A DNA stretch of 63,917 nucleotides from an uncultured Gammaproteobacteria bacterium (GTDB taxonomy: Bacteria > Patescibacteriota > Patescibacteriia > Magasanikbacterales > GWA2-37-8), in the NCBI GenBank assembly GCA_964570525.1, contig CAZMYO010000007.1, positions 1-63,917 of the forward strand. Reading direction: 5' to 3'. A program made the translations under genes and the position numbers. The notes beneath the pieces are model-generated. The model had not been told where the DNA came from, searched no databases, and worked only from the letters and a program-made list of their open reading frames with translations. Of this stretch, positions 6,148 to 14,721 are shown one piece after another (the first letter of the stretch is position 1; every line of letters begins with the position of its first letter).

Positions 6148-8862
6148 TTAGTTTTTCTCTCCCCAGTTTTTTACAATACTTACATGCGCTTCAATCGGTA
6201 CCCGAAGCTTGGCAACGTTTTCCATAACCTCCTTAACGATTTTACCGACCTCATCGGCCAATGATTTTTCTACTTCTAAAACCAGCTCATCGTGCACCTG
6301 CAAGATCATCTTAATCTTATCACTTTTGACTTTTGACTTTTGACTTTTGACTCTCCCATACACTTCTATCATACCCATCTTCATTAGATCGGCGGCTGTG
6401 CCCTGCACGGGGTGGTTAATGGCCATGCGCTCGGCAGCGCTCCGCAATTGAAAATTTTTTGAATTCAGTTCGGGAAGGTAACGACGACGACCGAATAGTG
6501 TCTCACAGTAGCCTTCTTTTTTGGTGAATTCGAGCGTTCGATCAATGTATTTTTTTACGCCGCTAAATTCTCTAAAATATTTCTCGATAAAAGCCTTGGC
6601 TTCGGCATGGCTAATCTCGGCCCGCCAACTCAATCCATAAGTACCCATGCCATACAGAATACCGAAGTTAACTTCTTTAGCGGCGCGGCGCATTTCCTTG
6701 GTAACCTTATCAAGCGGGACGTTGTTGATTGCCGCCGCTGTCGCCCGGTGAATGTCTTCGCCTCGCTCAAAAATCTCAATCATTTTTTTATCTTCCGCCA
6801 AGGAAGCCACGATACGAAGTTCAATTTGCGAATAGTCGGCGGAGACCAAAACATTCCCCGGCTCGGCGATAAAAGCCTCTCGAACTTCACGCCCAAGAGC
6901 CGTACGGATGGGAATATTTTGTAAATTGGGGTCGGAGCTGCTAAGTCTTCCGGTGGCGGTAACAACCTGGTTAAAAGTGGTGTGGATCCGACCGGTGGTT
7001 TTGTTGATAAGGGTAGGGATAACGTCAATATAGGTGTTTTGGAGCTTGCTAAGCTCTCGGTGTATTTCAATCTCATCGATAATGGGGTGAAGCCCGCGCA
7101 TTTTCTCGAGCTGCTCGGCCGACGTGGAAAGACCGGTTTTACCGCGCTTGATTCCCTCCACCGGAATATCCAGTTTCTCAAAAAGAATTTCCCGAAGCTG
7201 GAGCGGCGACGAAATGTTGAACTCTTGGCCAGCCAGCCGATAAATTTTCTCACTTACCTTTTTTATTTCCCCAGCTACCCGCCGCGACAGTTCAGCGAGC
7301 TTCTTTTCGTCAACCGCTACGCCATTAAGTTCCATCTCGGCCAAGACGGGGATGAGCGGCATCTCGACATTGGAAAACAGACCAAGGTTGTCTACTTTTA
7401 CAAGCTCGTGCCGCAGTTTTTCGCCGGCCTCGCTAATAAGCTCAAGCTCAACAGCGAGCGTCTTCGCGTCCAGGCCAAAAAGACTTTCTTGGCCGCTTCC
7501 CACTTTTAATTCTTTCCCCAAAATTTTTAAAACCACGCTTCCCATATCGTGCGCTCGGCTGCCGGGATTTAAGAGATACGAAGCGACCATTACATCAAAG
7601 AGTGTGTTTTTTACCACCACCTTTTCCCTGGCCATAATTTTAAAGAGTTGCTTCAGGTTATGGCCAACCAGCTCGATGTCTTTTTCCTCAAAAAGCTTGA
7701 GACAGGTTTTCACAGCCTCATCCTTCGCGTAAAAAGTTTCACGCCCCACCACCAACACCAGGCCGGTGAGATGACTGGTAAATAAATCGCCTCCCTCGGT
7801 AATGGCGCGGCCGGCAAATGATTTTTTCTCCTGAACTAATTTTATAAGTCGAATGGCTTCGGCAGAGGTTTTTATTTCGGAAAACTTGAGCTCCTGTTTG
7901 GGCAAGCGCCTCGGCGCTTTGGACTTTTTTTCTTCCGCTTCTATTTCCCCGCCTTTGCCCGGGACGCGTTTTAAAAGTGAAACAAATTCTAGTTTCTGAA
8001 ATAGTTTAGCCACCTTGGCGCGATCAAAATCTTTAAGGCGGCAGTCCTCCAGTTTAAAACGCAGGTCCGGCACATCGCAGTCAATGGCGGCAAGAGACTT
8101 GCTCATCAAAGCGCTCTCTTTGCCCGCTTCAAGCTTCTTAATTATTCCATCTTTAAATTTTGTTCGGAGTTCGGAGTTCGGAGTTCGGAGTTGTTTATAA
8201 ATTTCTTCAAGGCCGCCGACTTTTTGAATCAGCTCACTCCCGATTTTTTCTCCGATGCCGGGAACGCCGGGAATGTTGTCGGAGGCGTCACCGCGCAAAG
8301 CCTTGTAATCCACCATCAACTCCGGCCCAAAGCCATATCGCTGGGTAACAGCCGCGGCATCATACACCACCACATCACTCAACCCTTTGCGCAAGGTATA
8401 TACTTTCACGCCGTCCTTCACGAGCTGTAGCGTGTCCATGTCTCCGGTTACGATAAAGACTTCCAATTTATCGCTTTCGACTTTCGACTTTCGACTTTCG
8501 ACTTGTTCTACAATCGTCCCAATTACATCGTCCGCCTCATAGCCTTTCTTTTCATAAATAGGAAGATCAAAAACGCGTACCAAATCGTGCACGGTTGGAA
8601 TCTGATCGTAGAGTTCTTGGTCGGCTTTAACGCGAGTGGCTTTGTAGGCCTTAAATTTTTCCAAGCGCGCGGTGGAACCGCCGGCAACGTCAAAAGTTAC
8701 GGCAATGTGGGTGGGCCGCAGATCCTTCCATACTTTAAGAAGCATGCTGGCAAAACCATAAACCGCGTTTACGAGGTGGCCGTCTTTAGTCGTCATGGGC
8801 GGAAGAGCGTGGTAGGCCCGGTGGATGATGGCGTTGCCGTCTATTATGATGAGTCTTTCCAT
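6148..8862 (-). CDS. polA: DNA polymerase I
   Basis: 5'-nuclease N-terminus (IIDGNAIIHRAYHALPP) and family A motifs DYSQIELR, RRAAKEVNFGILYGM and QVHDELVLE. Start ATG 8862 (MERLIII) was chosen because the longer track ORF runs into tRNA-derived sequence. Confidence 0.95.
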   Translation of the reverse strand: MERLIIIDGNAIIHRAYHALPPMTTKDGHLVNAVYGFASMLLKVWKDLRPTHIAVTFDVAGGSTARLEKFKAYKATRVKADQELYDQIPTVHDLVRVFDLPIYEKKGYEADDVIGTIVEQVESRKSKVESDKLEVFIVTGDMDTLQLVKDGVKVYTLRKGLSDVVVYDAAAVTQRYGFGPELMVDYKALRGDASDNIPGVPGIGEKIGSELIQKVGGLEEIYKQLRTPNSELRTKFKDGIIKKLEAGKESALMSKSLAAIDCDVPDLRFKLEDCRLKDFDRAKVAKLFQKLEFVSLLKRVPGKGGEIEAEEKKSKAPRRLPKQELKFSEIKTSAEAIRLIKLVQEKKSFAGRAITEGGDLFTSHLTGLVLVVGRETFYAKDEAVKTCLKLFEEKDIELVGHNLKQLFKIMAREKVVVKNTLFDVMVASYLLNPGSRAHDMGSVVLKILGKELKVGSGQESLFGLDAKTLAVELELISEAGEKLRHELVKVDNLGLFSNVEMPLIPVLAEMELNGVAVDEKKLAELSRRVAGEIKKVSEKIYRLAGQEFNISSPLQLREILFEKLDIPVEGIKRGKTGLSTSAEQLEKMRGLHPIIDEIEIHRELSKLQNTYIDVIPTLINKTTGRIHTTFNQVVTATGRLSSSDPNLQNIPIRTALGREVREAFIAEPGNVLVSADYSQIELRIVASLAEDKKMIEIFERGEDIHRATAAAINNVPLDKVTKEMRRAAKEVNFGILYGMGTYGLSWRAEISHAEAKAFIEKYFREFSGVKKYIDRTLEFTKKEGYCETLFGRRRYLPELNSKNFQLRSAAERMAINHPVQGTAADLMKMGMIEVYGRVKSQKSKVKSDKIKMILQVHDELVLEVEKSLADEVGKIVKEVMENVAKLRVPIEAHVSIVKNWGEKN
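6324..6351. repeat. perfect heptanucleotide tandem repeat (ttttgac x4) inside polA
   Basis: Read directly from the sequence. It encodes KSQKSKVKSDK just upstream of motif C (QVHDE). Confidence 0.9.
8162..8192. repeat. perfect heptanucleotide tandem repeat (gttcgga x4 plus partial) inside polA
   Basis: Read directly from the sequence. It encodes QLRTPNSELRTK in the 5'-nuclease region. Confidence 0.9.
8474..8504. repeat. perfect heptanucleotide tandem repeat (ctttcga x4 plus partial) inside polA
   Basis: Read directly from the sequence. It encodes VESRKSKVESDK in the 5'-nuclease domain. Confidence 0.9.
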
Positions 8863-8865
8863 ATG

Positions 8866-8905
8866 AGGTCGCAGTGGGAATTGCACCCACGCATAGAGGT
8901 TTTGT
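8866..8905 (-). pseudogene. tRNA 3'-half remnant (T-arm plus acceptor 3' strand, tRNA-Cys-like)
   Basis: The reverse complement is ACAAAACCTCTATGC-GTGGG-TGCAATT-CCCAC-TGCGACC-T. There is no matching 5' acceptor strand or D-arm. It lies 22 nt downstream of intact tRNA-Cys. Confidence 0.5.
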
Positions 8906-8927
8906 CCCGATCTTTCCAAAAATTTAG

Positions 8928-9001
8928 AGGCCACGGCGGGATTCGCACCCGCGAATAGCGGTTTTGCAGACCGCAGTGTTAGGCTACTTCACCACGTGGC
9001 C
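8928..9001 (-). tRNA. tRNA-Cys (anticodon GCA)
   Basis: Acceptor GGCCACG/CGTGGCC, anticodon arm GCGGT-CTGCAAA-ACCGC, T-arm GCGGG-TGCGAAT-CCCGC and discriminator U. Confidence 0.85.
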
Positions 9002-9125
9002 ATTCTAAATTTTTGTCAAAAGATCGAGGATTTTTACTGCTTGCCTGCCCGCCTCTGGCGGGGCTATGCGACCGTTTTTTCATTCAAAGAGTACCATTTT
9101 CTAGAAAATTTTTCAAGGATTGTGC

Positions 9126-9154
9126 TTGACAAACCGTATAGTTGTAGTTAATAT
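9126..9154 (+). promoter_or_regulatory. sigma70-like promoter (TTGACA-N17-TAATAT)
   Basis: A perfect -35 with 17-nt spacing, about 35 nt upstream of the 9189 start. Confidence 0.6.
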
Positions 9155-9188
9155 TAACCGGCAGTCCCTTCCCTCAAAGGAGCAAGCC

Positions 9189-9683
9189 ATGACGACGCGG
9201 AAATCAATTCGGGAGCAGGCGGACGCCACAGCAAACTTGATTCGCGAATTTTGCCTGGAGCAACGCGCGCTGTGGTGTCAAGTTCCTGAACGGGCCCTTT
9301 TGAGCGACGGACGACATGGCTGGAATGATCAGCTTCGGCTGGCCTACATCGCTATGCTTTGGAGACCGCTCGACAACTCCAACTCACCGCTCTGGTATAG
9401 AGACGTGAGCTTTCGGCTAGCTGTTGATTTGGCTTCTGGCAGGCTCGTCGAGCTTGTTGGCGCCTATAATCGTGGCTCTTCGGCTAGCGAAGACAATATA
9501 CTGCGGCTGGCCTCCTGTCTAGATTCGATTGATGCGAAAAGGGTGCTTGCTCGCTTGAAATGCACTGTTAAGAGCGCAGTGGCGAGCTACCTGGGTCCAC
9601 ATGCGAAAGAGGCGAGGCAGCGTAACATCGAGAGTCATCACCCGCGTATAGAAGAGTTCCTGCGCCGCACGCAGGCCAAATAA
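9189..9683 (+). CDS. hypothetical protein (164 aa orphan)
   Basis: ATG lies after AAGGAGC (caaaggagcaagccATG). No recognisable motif. A terminator hairpin follows. Confidence 0.6.
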   Translation: MTTRKSIREQADATANLIREFCLEQRALWCQVPERALLSDGRHGWNDQLRLAYIAMLWRPLDNSNSPLWYRDVSFRLAVDLASGRLVELVGAYNRGSSASEDNILRLASCLDSIDAKRVLARLKCTVKSAVASYLGPHAKEARQRNIESHHPRIEEFLRRTQAK

Positions 9684-9701
9684 ATCGCGAGTCATCCTAT
9701 T

Positions 9702-9736
9702 GCAGTGTGTTAGGAACACACTGCTTTTCTTTTTTA
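9702..9736 (+). terminator. rho-independent terminator
   Basis: gcagtgtgt-tagga-acacactgc hairpin followed by ttttcttttttat. Confidence 0.7.
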
Positions 9737-11179
9737 TCTTACATACCCAAGCGGGTTCACGCGCTGGCCGTTTATCTGCACTTCAAAATGAATGTGAATG
9801 CCGGTAACACCACGAACCTTCCCGGTGTTTCCCATTAAAGCAACGGGTTGGCCGGCTTCAACATAGTCTCCGGGGGAAACCAAGAGTTGAGAGTTGTGTC
9901 CGTAAAGAGTCTTGACCCCGCCGCCATGGTTTATAATTACGTAACAGCCATATCCACGATTCCAGCCACATTGAGAAACCTCCACCACACCGGCTTTGGC
10001 GGCGTAATTTGGCGTCTGCCAGGGACCGGCGATATCAAGCGCGCGATGCCTAAAGGTAAAATATTGGGTAATGGCGCGGGCGCCGCTTGGCCACACGAAA
10101 CCGGAAGCTGAAGGGAGGAAACCGGCCGAAGGAGGAGCGGCCACGCGGCTAGCCAAGTTGCGCAAAGTTTGAGGGGCTCGGGTAATTCCTCTCTCTTTGG
10201 GTTTAACGCCGCCGGGAATCATTATTCTGTCCCCCACCAAAAGATCTCTGCCGTCTTCTTTAAGATGATTAAATCTAATGACGTCTTCTGCTTTTGCTTC
10301 ATACAAAGAAGCGATTTTCTTGATGGTTTCTTTCTTCTTTACCGTATGCATGATGCCGGTGGTAGGCGGAATTTTCAATGTATTTCCCGGTTTAATAATT
10401 GACCTAAGGTTGAGATTGTTTTCCCACATGATGGTGGGGATGCTGATACCGAAATTGTAGGCGATCCCGCCCAGGGAGTCGCCCGGCTCCACAATATATT
10501 CAATTATCCGATTTCTGGCAGAGCCCAAAGCAGAGCCGGGAATTAAAAATGGTTTGCTCAACGCGGTGCCGCCAGCTACTATCCCAGCCAATTCGTTGGT
10601 GGGAAACAGTGGAGTGCCGCCAGCTCCCACGAATTGGGTTTCTAGGGCGCCAATTTTCCACGATGGTGTCGCGTAGACCTCTTGTTTATCGCTTGAAATT
10701 ATCTCTTCGGTTTCAATCTCTTCGTCGGCGCCCAAAAATCCATAAATAATAGACTTTTGTCCGGCTGAAGCCAGGCCGGCCTTGGCAAGCAGCGTAGTCT
10801 CCGTAAGCCCGATCAAAAGCAGAACTAAAAAAACGACGCTTACCAAAAAATCCCGCTTAAAAAGTTTTTCCCGGATATTAGTTAAACCCGTTTTTCTAAC
10901 AAGATAGCTTGCCTTATAGTGAAGATAGATAACAAATCGCCCGGGAATACCAAAAATTTTGGCTAAAACAAAATAAATTCTGGCGCCAATCCACCAGAAA
11001 ATTCGTTTAAAATAAATGAGGATACGTAATAATTTTAGCAGTACTCTATACTTCATACCCTCTAGTTTCTTTCTACCTTTGACCCCGTCACCATAGCACC
11101 ATAGATTTCGGCTTTTCGTCTTAATTAAGCCATCAACCTGAACTTGGCTTCTGCTCCAGCTTTTTCGTTTGTTTGGCAA
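9734..11179 (-). CDS. LysM-domain M23 family peptidoglycan metallopeptidase
   Basis: One TM anchor and two LysM-like repeats (YIVEPGDSLGGIAYNFGI.., HTVKKKETIKKIASLYEA..). M23 motifs are YVIINHGGGVKTLYGHNS and GIHIHFEV. The start is uncertain (TTG 11179 or ATG 11056). Confidence 0.85.
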   Translation of the reverse strand: MPNKRKSWSRSQVQVDGLIKTKSRNLWCYGDGVKGRKKLEGMKYRVLLKLLRILIYFKRIFWWIGARIYFVLAKIFGIPGRFVIYLHYKASYLVRKTGLTNIREKLFKRDFLVSVVFLVLLLIGLTETTLLAKAGLASAGQKSIIYGFLGADEEIETEEIISSDKQEVYATPSWKIGALETQFVGAGGTPLFPTNELAGIVAGGTALSKPFLIPGSALGSARNRIIEYIVEPGDSLGGIAYNFGISIPTIMWENNLNLRSIIKPGNTLKIPPTTGIMHTVKKKETIKKIASLYEAKAEDVIRFNHLKEDGRDLLVGDRIMIPGGVKPKERGITRAPQTLRNLASRVAAPPSAGFLPSASGFVWPSGARAITQYFTFRHRALDIAGPWQTPNYAAKAGVVEVSQCGWNRGYGCYVIINHGGGVKTLYGHNSQLLVSPGDYVEAGQPVALMGNTGKVRGVTGIHIHFEVQINGQRVNPLGYVR

Positions 11180-11334
11180 TATGAAATCTAGAAAAGCCTG
11201 GCGCTTTTGGTGCGGGGTTGACTATTTTAACATTTTACCATACTATAGAGGACAAATCAATGTGGAATTCGGACCCGCCCGCCACGCAAGCCAGCTTGCT
11301 GGCGTTGCGGGCAGGTGTTTATTCTTAACTTTTC

Positions 11335-13329
11335 GTGACTATGGTTGTTGCTTTGTTCGCGTTACTGCCGGCTCTCTTGGCAGTGGTGTCTGGTGTTGTG
11401 CTCATTAGCTGGATTATGAAACAGCCGGCTGGGGACGAGCGTATGCAAGCCATTGCTCGCGCCATTCAAGAGGGCGCCAAGGCTTATTTAAAAAGGCAAT
11501 ATACCACCATCGCTTTGGTGGCCGCGGTAGTTTTTTTGTTAATCGGATTATTTATTGACTGGGTAACGGCTTTCGGTTTTGTCGCTGGGGCTTTCTTCTC
11601 TGGCCTCGCCGGAATTATCGGAATGAGTATTTCGGTGCGCGCCAATGTGCGCACAGCCGAAGCGGCCAAGAAAGGTTTTAAGGAAGCGATGACGCTGGCC
11701 GTCCGTGGCGGATCAATTACCGGTCTAATGGTAGCCGGACTTGGGCTCTTAAGCGTGGCCGGTTTTTATTTGATTACCAGCAAAGACCTGTCTGCCCTAA
11801 TCGGGCTTGGTTTTGGCGGAAGTTTAATCTCGGTTTTTGCCAGAATTGGCGGCGGCATCTACACCAAAGCGGCCGATGTGGGCGCGGATCTTGTTGGTAA
11901 AATAGAAAAAGGAATTCCCGAAGACGACCCGAGAAACCCGGCAGTTATCGCCGACAATGTTGGCGACAATGTGGGCGACTGCGCCGGAATGGCGGCCGAT
12001 CTTTTTGAAACTTACGCGATTACAATTATCGCCGCTATGGTTTTGGCCGGACTAATCTTTCCTGGCAACGAACGAGTGGTAATATATCCCTTAGTTTTGG
12101 GGGGCGCTTCTATTGTCGCTTCCATTCTTGGTGGATTCTTCATCCGTTTGGGCAAAACCAACAATGTAATGAATGCTCTCTACAAAGGTTTGGCCGCGGC
12201 TGGCGTTATTGCTCTTATTGCTTTTTACCCCATCACCAATTGGCTCGTCGCCGGTCTTGTTGGCTATACTGTAAGCGCGGTTTACCTTTCCGCGGTAATC
12301 GGGCTTATCCTCACAGCGGTCATGGTGCTTTTAACCGACTACTACACTTCCACGAAGTATAAACCGGTACAAAACATTGCCAAAGCCAGTGTTACCGGAC
12401 ACGGCACCAACATTATTGCCGGTTTGGCCGCTTCCATGCGCGCGACCGCTCTCCCGGTTATATTCATTCTGGCCGCAATGCTCGGGGCTTACTCCCTGGC
12501 GGGGATTTTTGGTATAGCGATCGCGGCGGTGAGCATGCTTTCGTTAACCGGTATTGTCGTGACCATTGATGCCTATGGACCAATCACCGATAATGCCGGT
12601 GGTATTGCCGAAATGGCTGATCTGCCGGAAAGCGTGCGCGCGGTTACCGATCCCTTGGATGCTGTCGGAAACACCACCAAAGCCGTGACTAAAGGCTACG
12701 CGATTGCCAGCGCCGCTTTGGCCTCCTTGGTTCTCTTTGCCGATTTTACGCACAAGCTTCCGCCAACAGTAACTTTCTTGATTAATGATCCAAAGGTGCT
12801 CACCGGGCTCTTTATTGGCGGGCTTTTGCCGTATCTGTTTGGCTCAATGCTGATGGAATCGGTGGGGAAAGTTGCTGGAAAAGTGGTGGAGGAGGTGCGC
12901 CGCCAATTTAGAGAAATCCCCGGCATTATGGAAGGCAGCGCCAAGCCGGATTACAGCAAAGCCTCGGACATTGTTACCAAAGATGCTATTCACCAGATGA
13001 TTTTACCTTCGCTCCTCCCGATAATTCTTCCCATTCTGGTCGGTAAATTTCTTGGAGTTGAGGCCTTGGGCGGGCTTTTGGTCGGCACGATTATTACCGG
13101 TTTATTCGTCGCCATCTCCATGACCACCGGCGGCGCCGCCTGGGACAACGCCAAAAAATTTATTGAAAAAGGAAATTACGGCGGCAAAGGTTCTTTGGCT
13201 CATCAGGCAGCCGTTACCGGCGACACAGTCGGCGACCCCTACAAGGACACGGCCGGCCCTTCCATCAACCCAATGATTAAAGTAGCCAACATTGTGGCGC
13301 TTCTGATTGTGGGACTTCTGATAAAATAG
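11335..13329 (+). CDS. hppA: membrane-integral proton/sodium-translocating pyrophosphatase
   Basis: 664-aa polytopic protein with [18 protein letters not shown] and [19 protein letters not shown] motifs. Confidence 0.93.
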   Translation: MTMVVALFALLPALLAVVSGVVLISWIMKQPAGDERMQAIARAIQEGAKAYLKRQYTTIALVAAVVFLLIGLFIDWVTAFGFVAGAFFSGLAGIIGMSISVRANVRTAEAAKKGFKEAMTLAVRGGSITGLMVAGLGLLSVAGFYLITSKDLSALIGLGFGGSLISVFARIGGGIYTKAADVGADLVGKIEKGIPEDDPRNPAVIADNVGDNVGDCAGMAADLFETYAITIIAAMVLAGLIFPGNERVVIYPLVLGGASIVASILGGFFIRLGKTNNVMNALYKGLAAAGVIALIAFYPITNWLVAGLVGYTVSAVYLSAVIGLILTAVMVLLTDYYTSTKYKPVQNIAKASVTGHGTNIIAGLAASMRATALPVIFILAAMLGAYSLAGIFGIAIAAVSMLSLTGIVVTIDAYGPITDNAGGIAEMADLPESVRAVTDPLDAVGNTTKAVTKGYAIASAALASLVLFADFTHKLPPTVTFLINDPKVLTGLFIGGLLPYLFGSMLMESVGKVAGKVVEEVRRQFREIPGIMEGSAKPDYSKASDIVTKDAIHQMILPSLLPIILPILVGKFLGVEALGGLLVGTIITGLFVAISMTTGGAAWDNAKKFIEKGNYGGKGSLAHQAAVTGDTVGDPYKDTAGPSINPMIKVANIVALLIVGLLIK

Positions 13330-13339
13330 GTTCTCTTGT

Positions 13340-13367
13340 GTAGGGACAGGTCGCGACCTGTCCCTAC
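13340..13367. repeat. 28-nt perfect palindrome GTAGGGACAGGTCGCGACCTGTCCCTAC
   Basis: Read directly from the sequence. It shares GTAGrGAC...GTCyCTAC termini with the palindrome at 59283-59310. Confidence 0.85.
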
Positions 13368-13383
13368 ATGAATATCGAAAATT

Positions 13384-13414
13384 AAAACCCTGCACCGTTC
13401 TGGTGCAGGGTTTT
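13384..13414. terminator. bidirectional terminator
   Basis: aaaaccctgcaccgttctggtgcagggtttt. Confidence 0.75.
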
Positions 13415-13446
13415 GAAAACCAGATGCTGCCGGGTGGAATCGGCTT

Positions 13447-14049
13447 CTATCGCTTCGGGGCAACCGGCGGTTTGCCCGGCGCCTCCGGCTCGGGGCATTT
13501 ACCAAAACGGAAAACAATTTCTTTCGTTACTTGATAAAAAAGGAAATTGCCACCGGCAATGGAGATGGTGCCGCGTTCTTTGCTTTCTGTCGCCTTCAAG
13601 AACACAATGCACTCATCTATCTTAACAACCAGCGCGGCTCCCCGACCACCGCTCTCTGGCGGCAGTTGCAGCTTGGTCAGGTACGGACTTACCGGCGGCA
13701 CATCAAAGATATAGCCGCCAGCGGGGGGCTGTTTCTCGCTAAGTTTAAGAAACAATGCCCTAAAATTCGTGTTGGATTTTCCCTTCTTAAGCAACAGGGC
13801 CGCTTTGGGAACTTTAGCGCTCTCCGTATTTTGCTCAATGAGCAAAAAATTTCCCCATTGGATGGCCTGGTCAATATTCCATCCGAAAATCTGCTTAACG
13901 CTTATTTGATCGCCGGCGTGGAAGCCGTGGACGCCGACATCGTAAGTTGTTTTTCGGAGCGTTGTCGTCGCCGTTGCCTTTTCCGTAGTGGCACAGCCGC
14001 TCAAAAACACCGTCAACAGAGAGGCTCCGAACAAACCATGCTTCCTCAT
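13447..14049 (-). CDS. hypothetical lipoprotein (200 aa, GC-rich orphan)
   Basis: The signal peptide carries a lipobox (LLTVFLSGC). ATG lies 5 nt after AAGGAGG. The overlapping plus-strand ORF 13531..14112 is treated as a shadow. Confidence 0.7.
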   Translation of the reverse strand: MRKHGLFGASLLTVFLSGCATTEKATATTTLRKTTYDVGVHGFHAGDQISVKQIFGWNIDQAIQWGNFLLIEQNTESAKVPKAALLLKKGKSNTNFRALFLKLSEKQPPAGGYIFDVPPVSPYLTKLQLPPESGGRGAALVVKIDECIVFLKATESKERGTISIAGGNFLFYQVTKEIVFRFGKCPEPEAPGKPPVAPKR

Positions 14050-14168
14050 TGGTTCCTCCTTTTTTTGTTTGTGGTTCTCACCCTGCTCACCTTAAAACCT
14101 TTATTAAAGTGAACAGATTGAGGGGGTTCTGTTTTTGAACCCCGGACTGGATTTGAGTTTAGCTGGAC

Positions 14169-14513
14169 TCACACTAGCTTTGGGGGCAGATTGAGCTGGG
14201 TAATGCTTGAGAAGAAAACCTCCAGCCGCTCGGCCCTGGCTTCGCGAGAAAGGTTCAAATCCCAGCGGTAATACCCGCGAGTTAGACGCTGTCGGGTTCG
14301 CCCCAGCACATTTGGCCTTTTGGCCCACCCGATGCCTTTCATCTTTCGATCCAAATAACCAATCACAACGATGTGGTCGTCTTTTATTTTGACTACCCGG
14401 CCCTTAACGAAATCGTCGAACTCCAAACGCATTGAGATAAGCGCCTTCTGTTTCTGCGCTTTCGCTAAACAGTAGCGCACGTACTTTCTCCAAAGTTCTT
14501 GGGTTCTAAGCAT
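14169..14513 (-). CDS. hypothetical protein (114 aa orphan)
   Basis: ATG lies 7 nt after AGGAGGG. The protein is basic with no recognisable motif. Confidence 0.6.
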   Translation of the reverse strand: MLRTQELWRKYVRYCLAKAQKQKALISMRLEFDDFVKGRVVKIKDDHIVVIGYLDRKMKGIGWAKRPNVLGRTRQRLTRGYYRWDLNLSREARAERLEVFFSSITQLNLPPKLV

Positions 14514-14580
14514 GATAGTTCCCTCCTCTTGTTAACTAACACTGTTTGAGATTTTTTGTCAACTTTTTAGGCTCGTTTTC

Positions 14581-14609
14581 TTGACATTCCCCGCTTTTTT
14601 CGCTACACT
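14581..14609 (+). promoter_or_regulatory. sigma70-like promoter (TTGACA-N17-TACACT) for tig
   Basis: Hexamers and spacing were read directly. Confidence 0.6.
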
Positions 14610-14721
14610 GGGGGCATCTATGAATTTGGGTGGCCAATGTTGACCAACATCCCCCTCGCCCCCCTCCCCTCGGCTTGAACTCGGGACGAAAGCAAGGGGG
14701 GACTTAATAAAGTTAAATCTT

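Noticed and set aside
5828-6264. Several 84-106-aa ORFs overlapping the Cys/Gly-rich tail of the DoxX-like gene
   Set aside because: They are frame-shifted or antisense readings of the GC-rich repeat, giving proline-, arginine- or alanine-rich nonsense.
8863-8934. N-terminal 24 codons of the track polA ORF (6148..8934)
   Set aside because: They run through the tRNA 3' fragment and into tRNA-Cys. The conserved PolI N-terminus begins at MERLIIIDGN (ATG 8862).
13531-14112. 193-aa plus-strand ORF overlapping the lipoprotein gene
   Set aside because: The minus-strand ORF has a lipobox signal peptide and AAGGAGG-ATG context. The plus-strand frame has neither.
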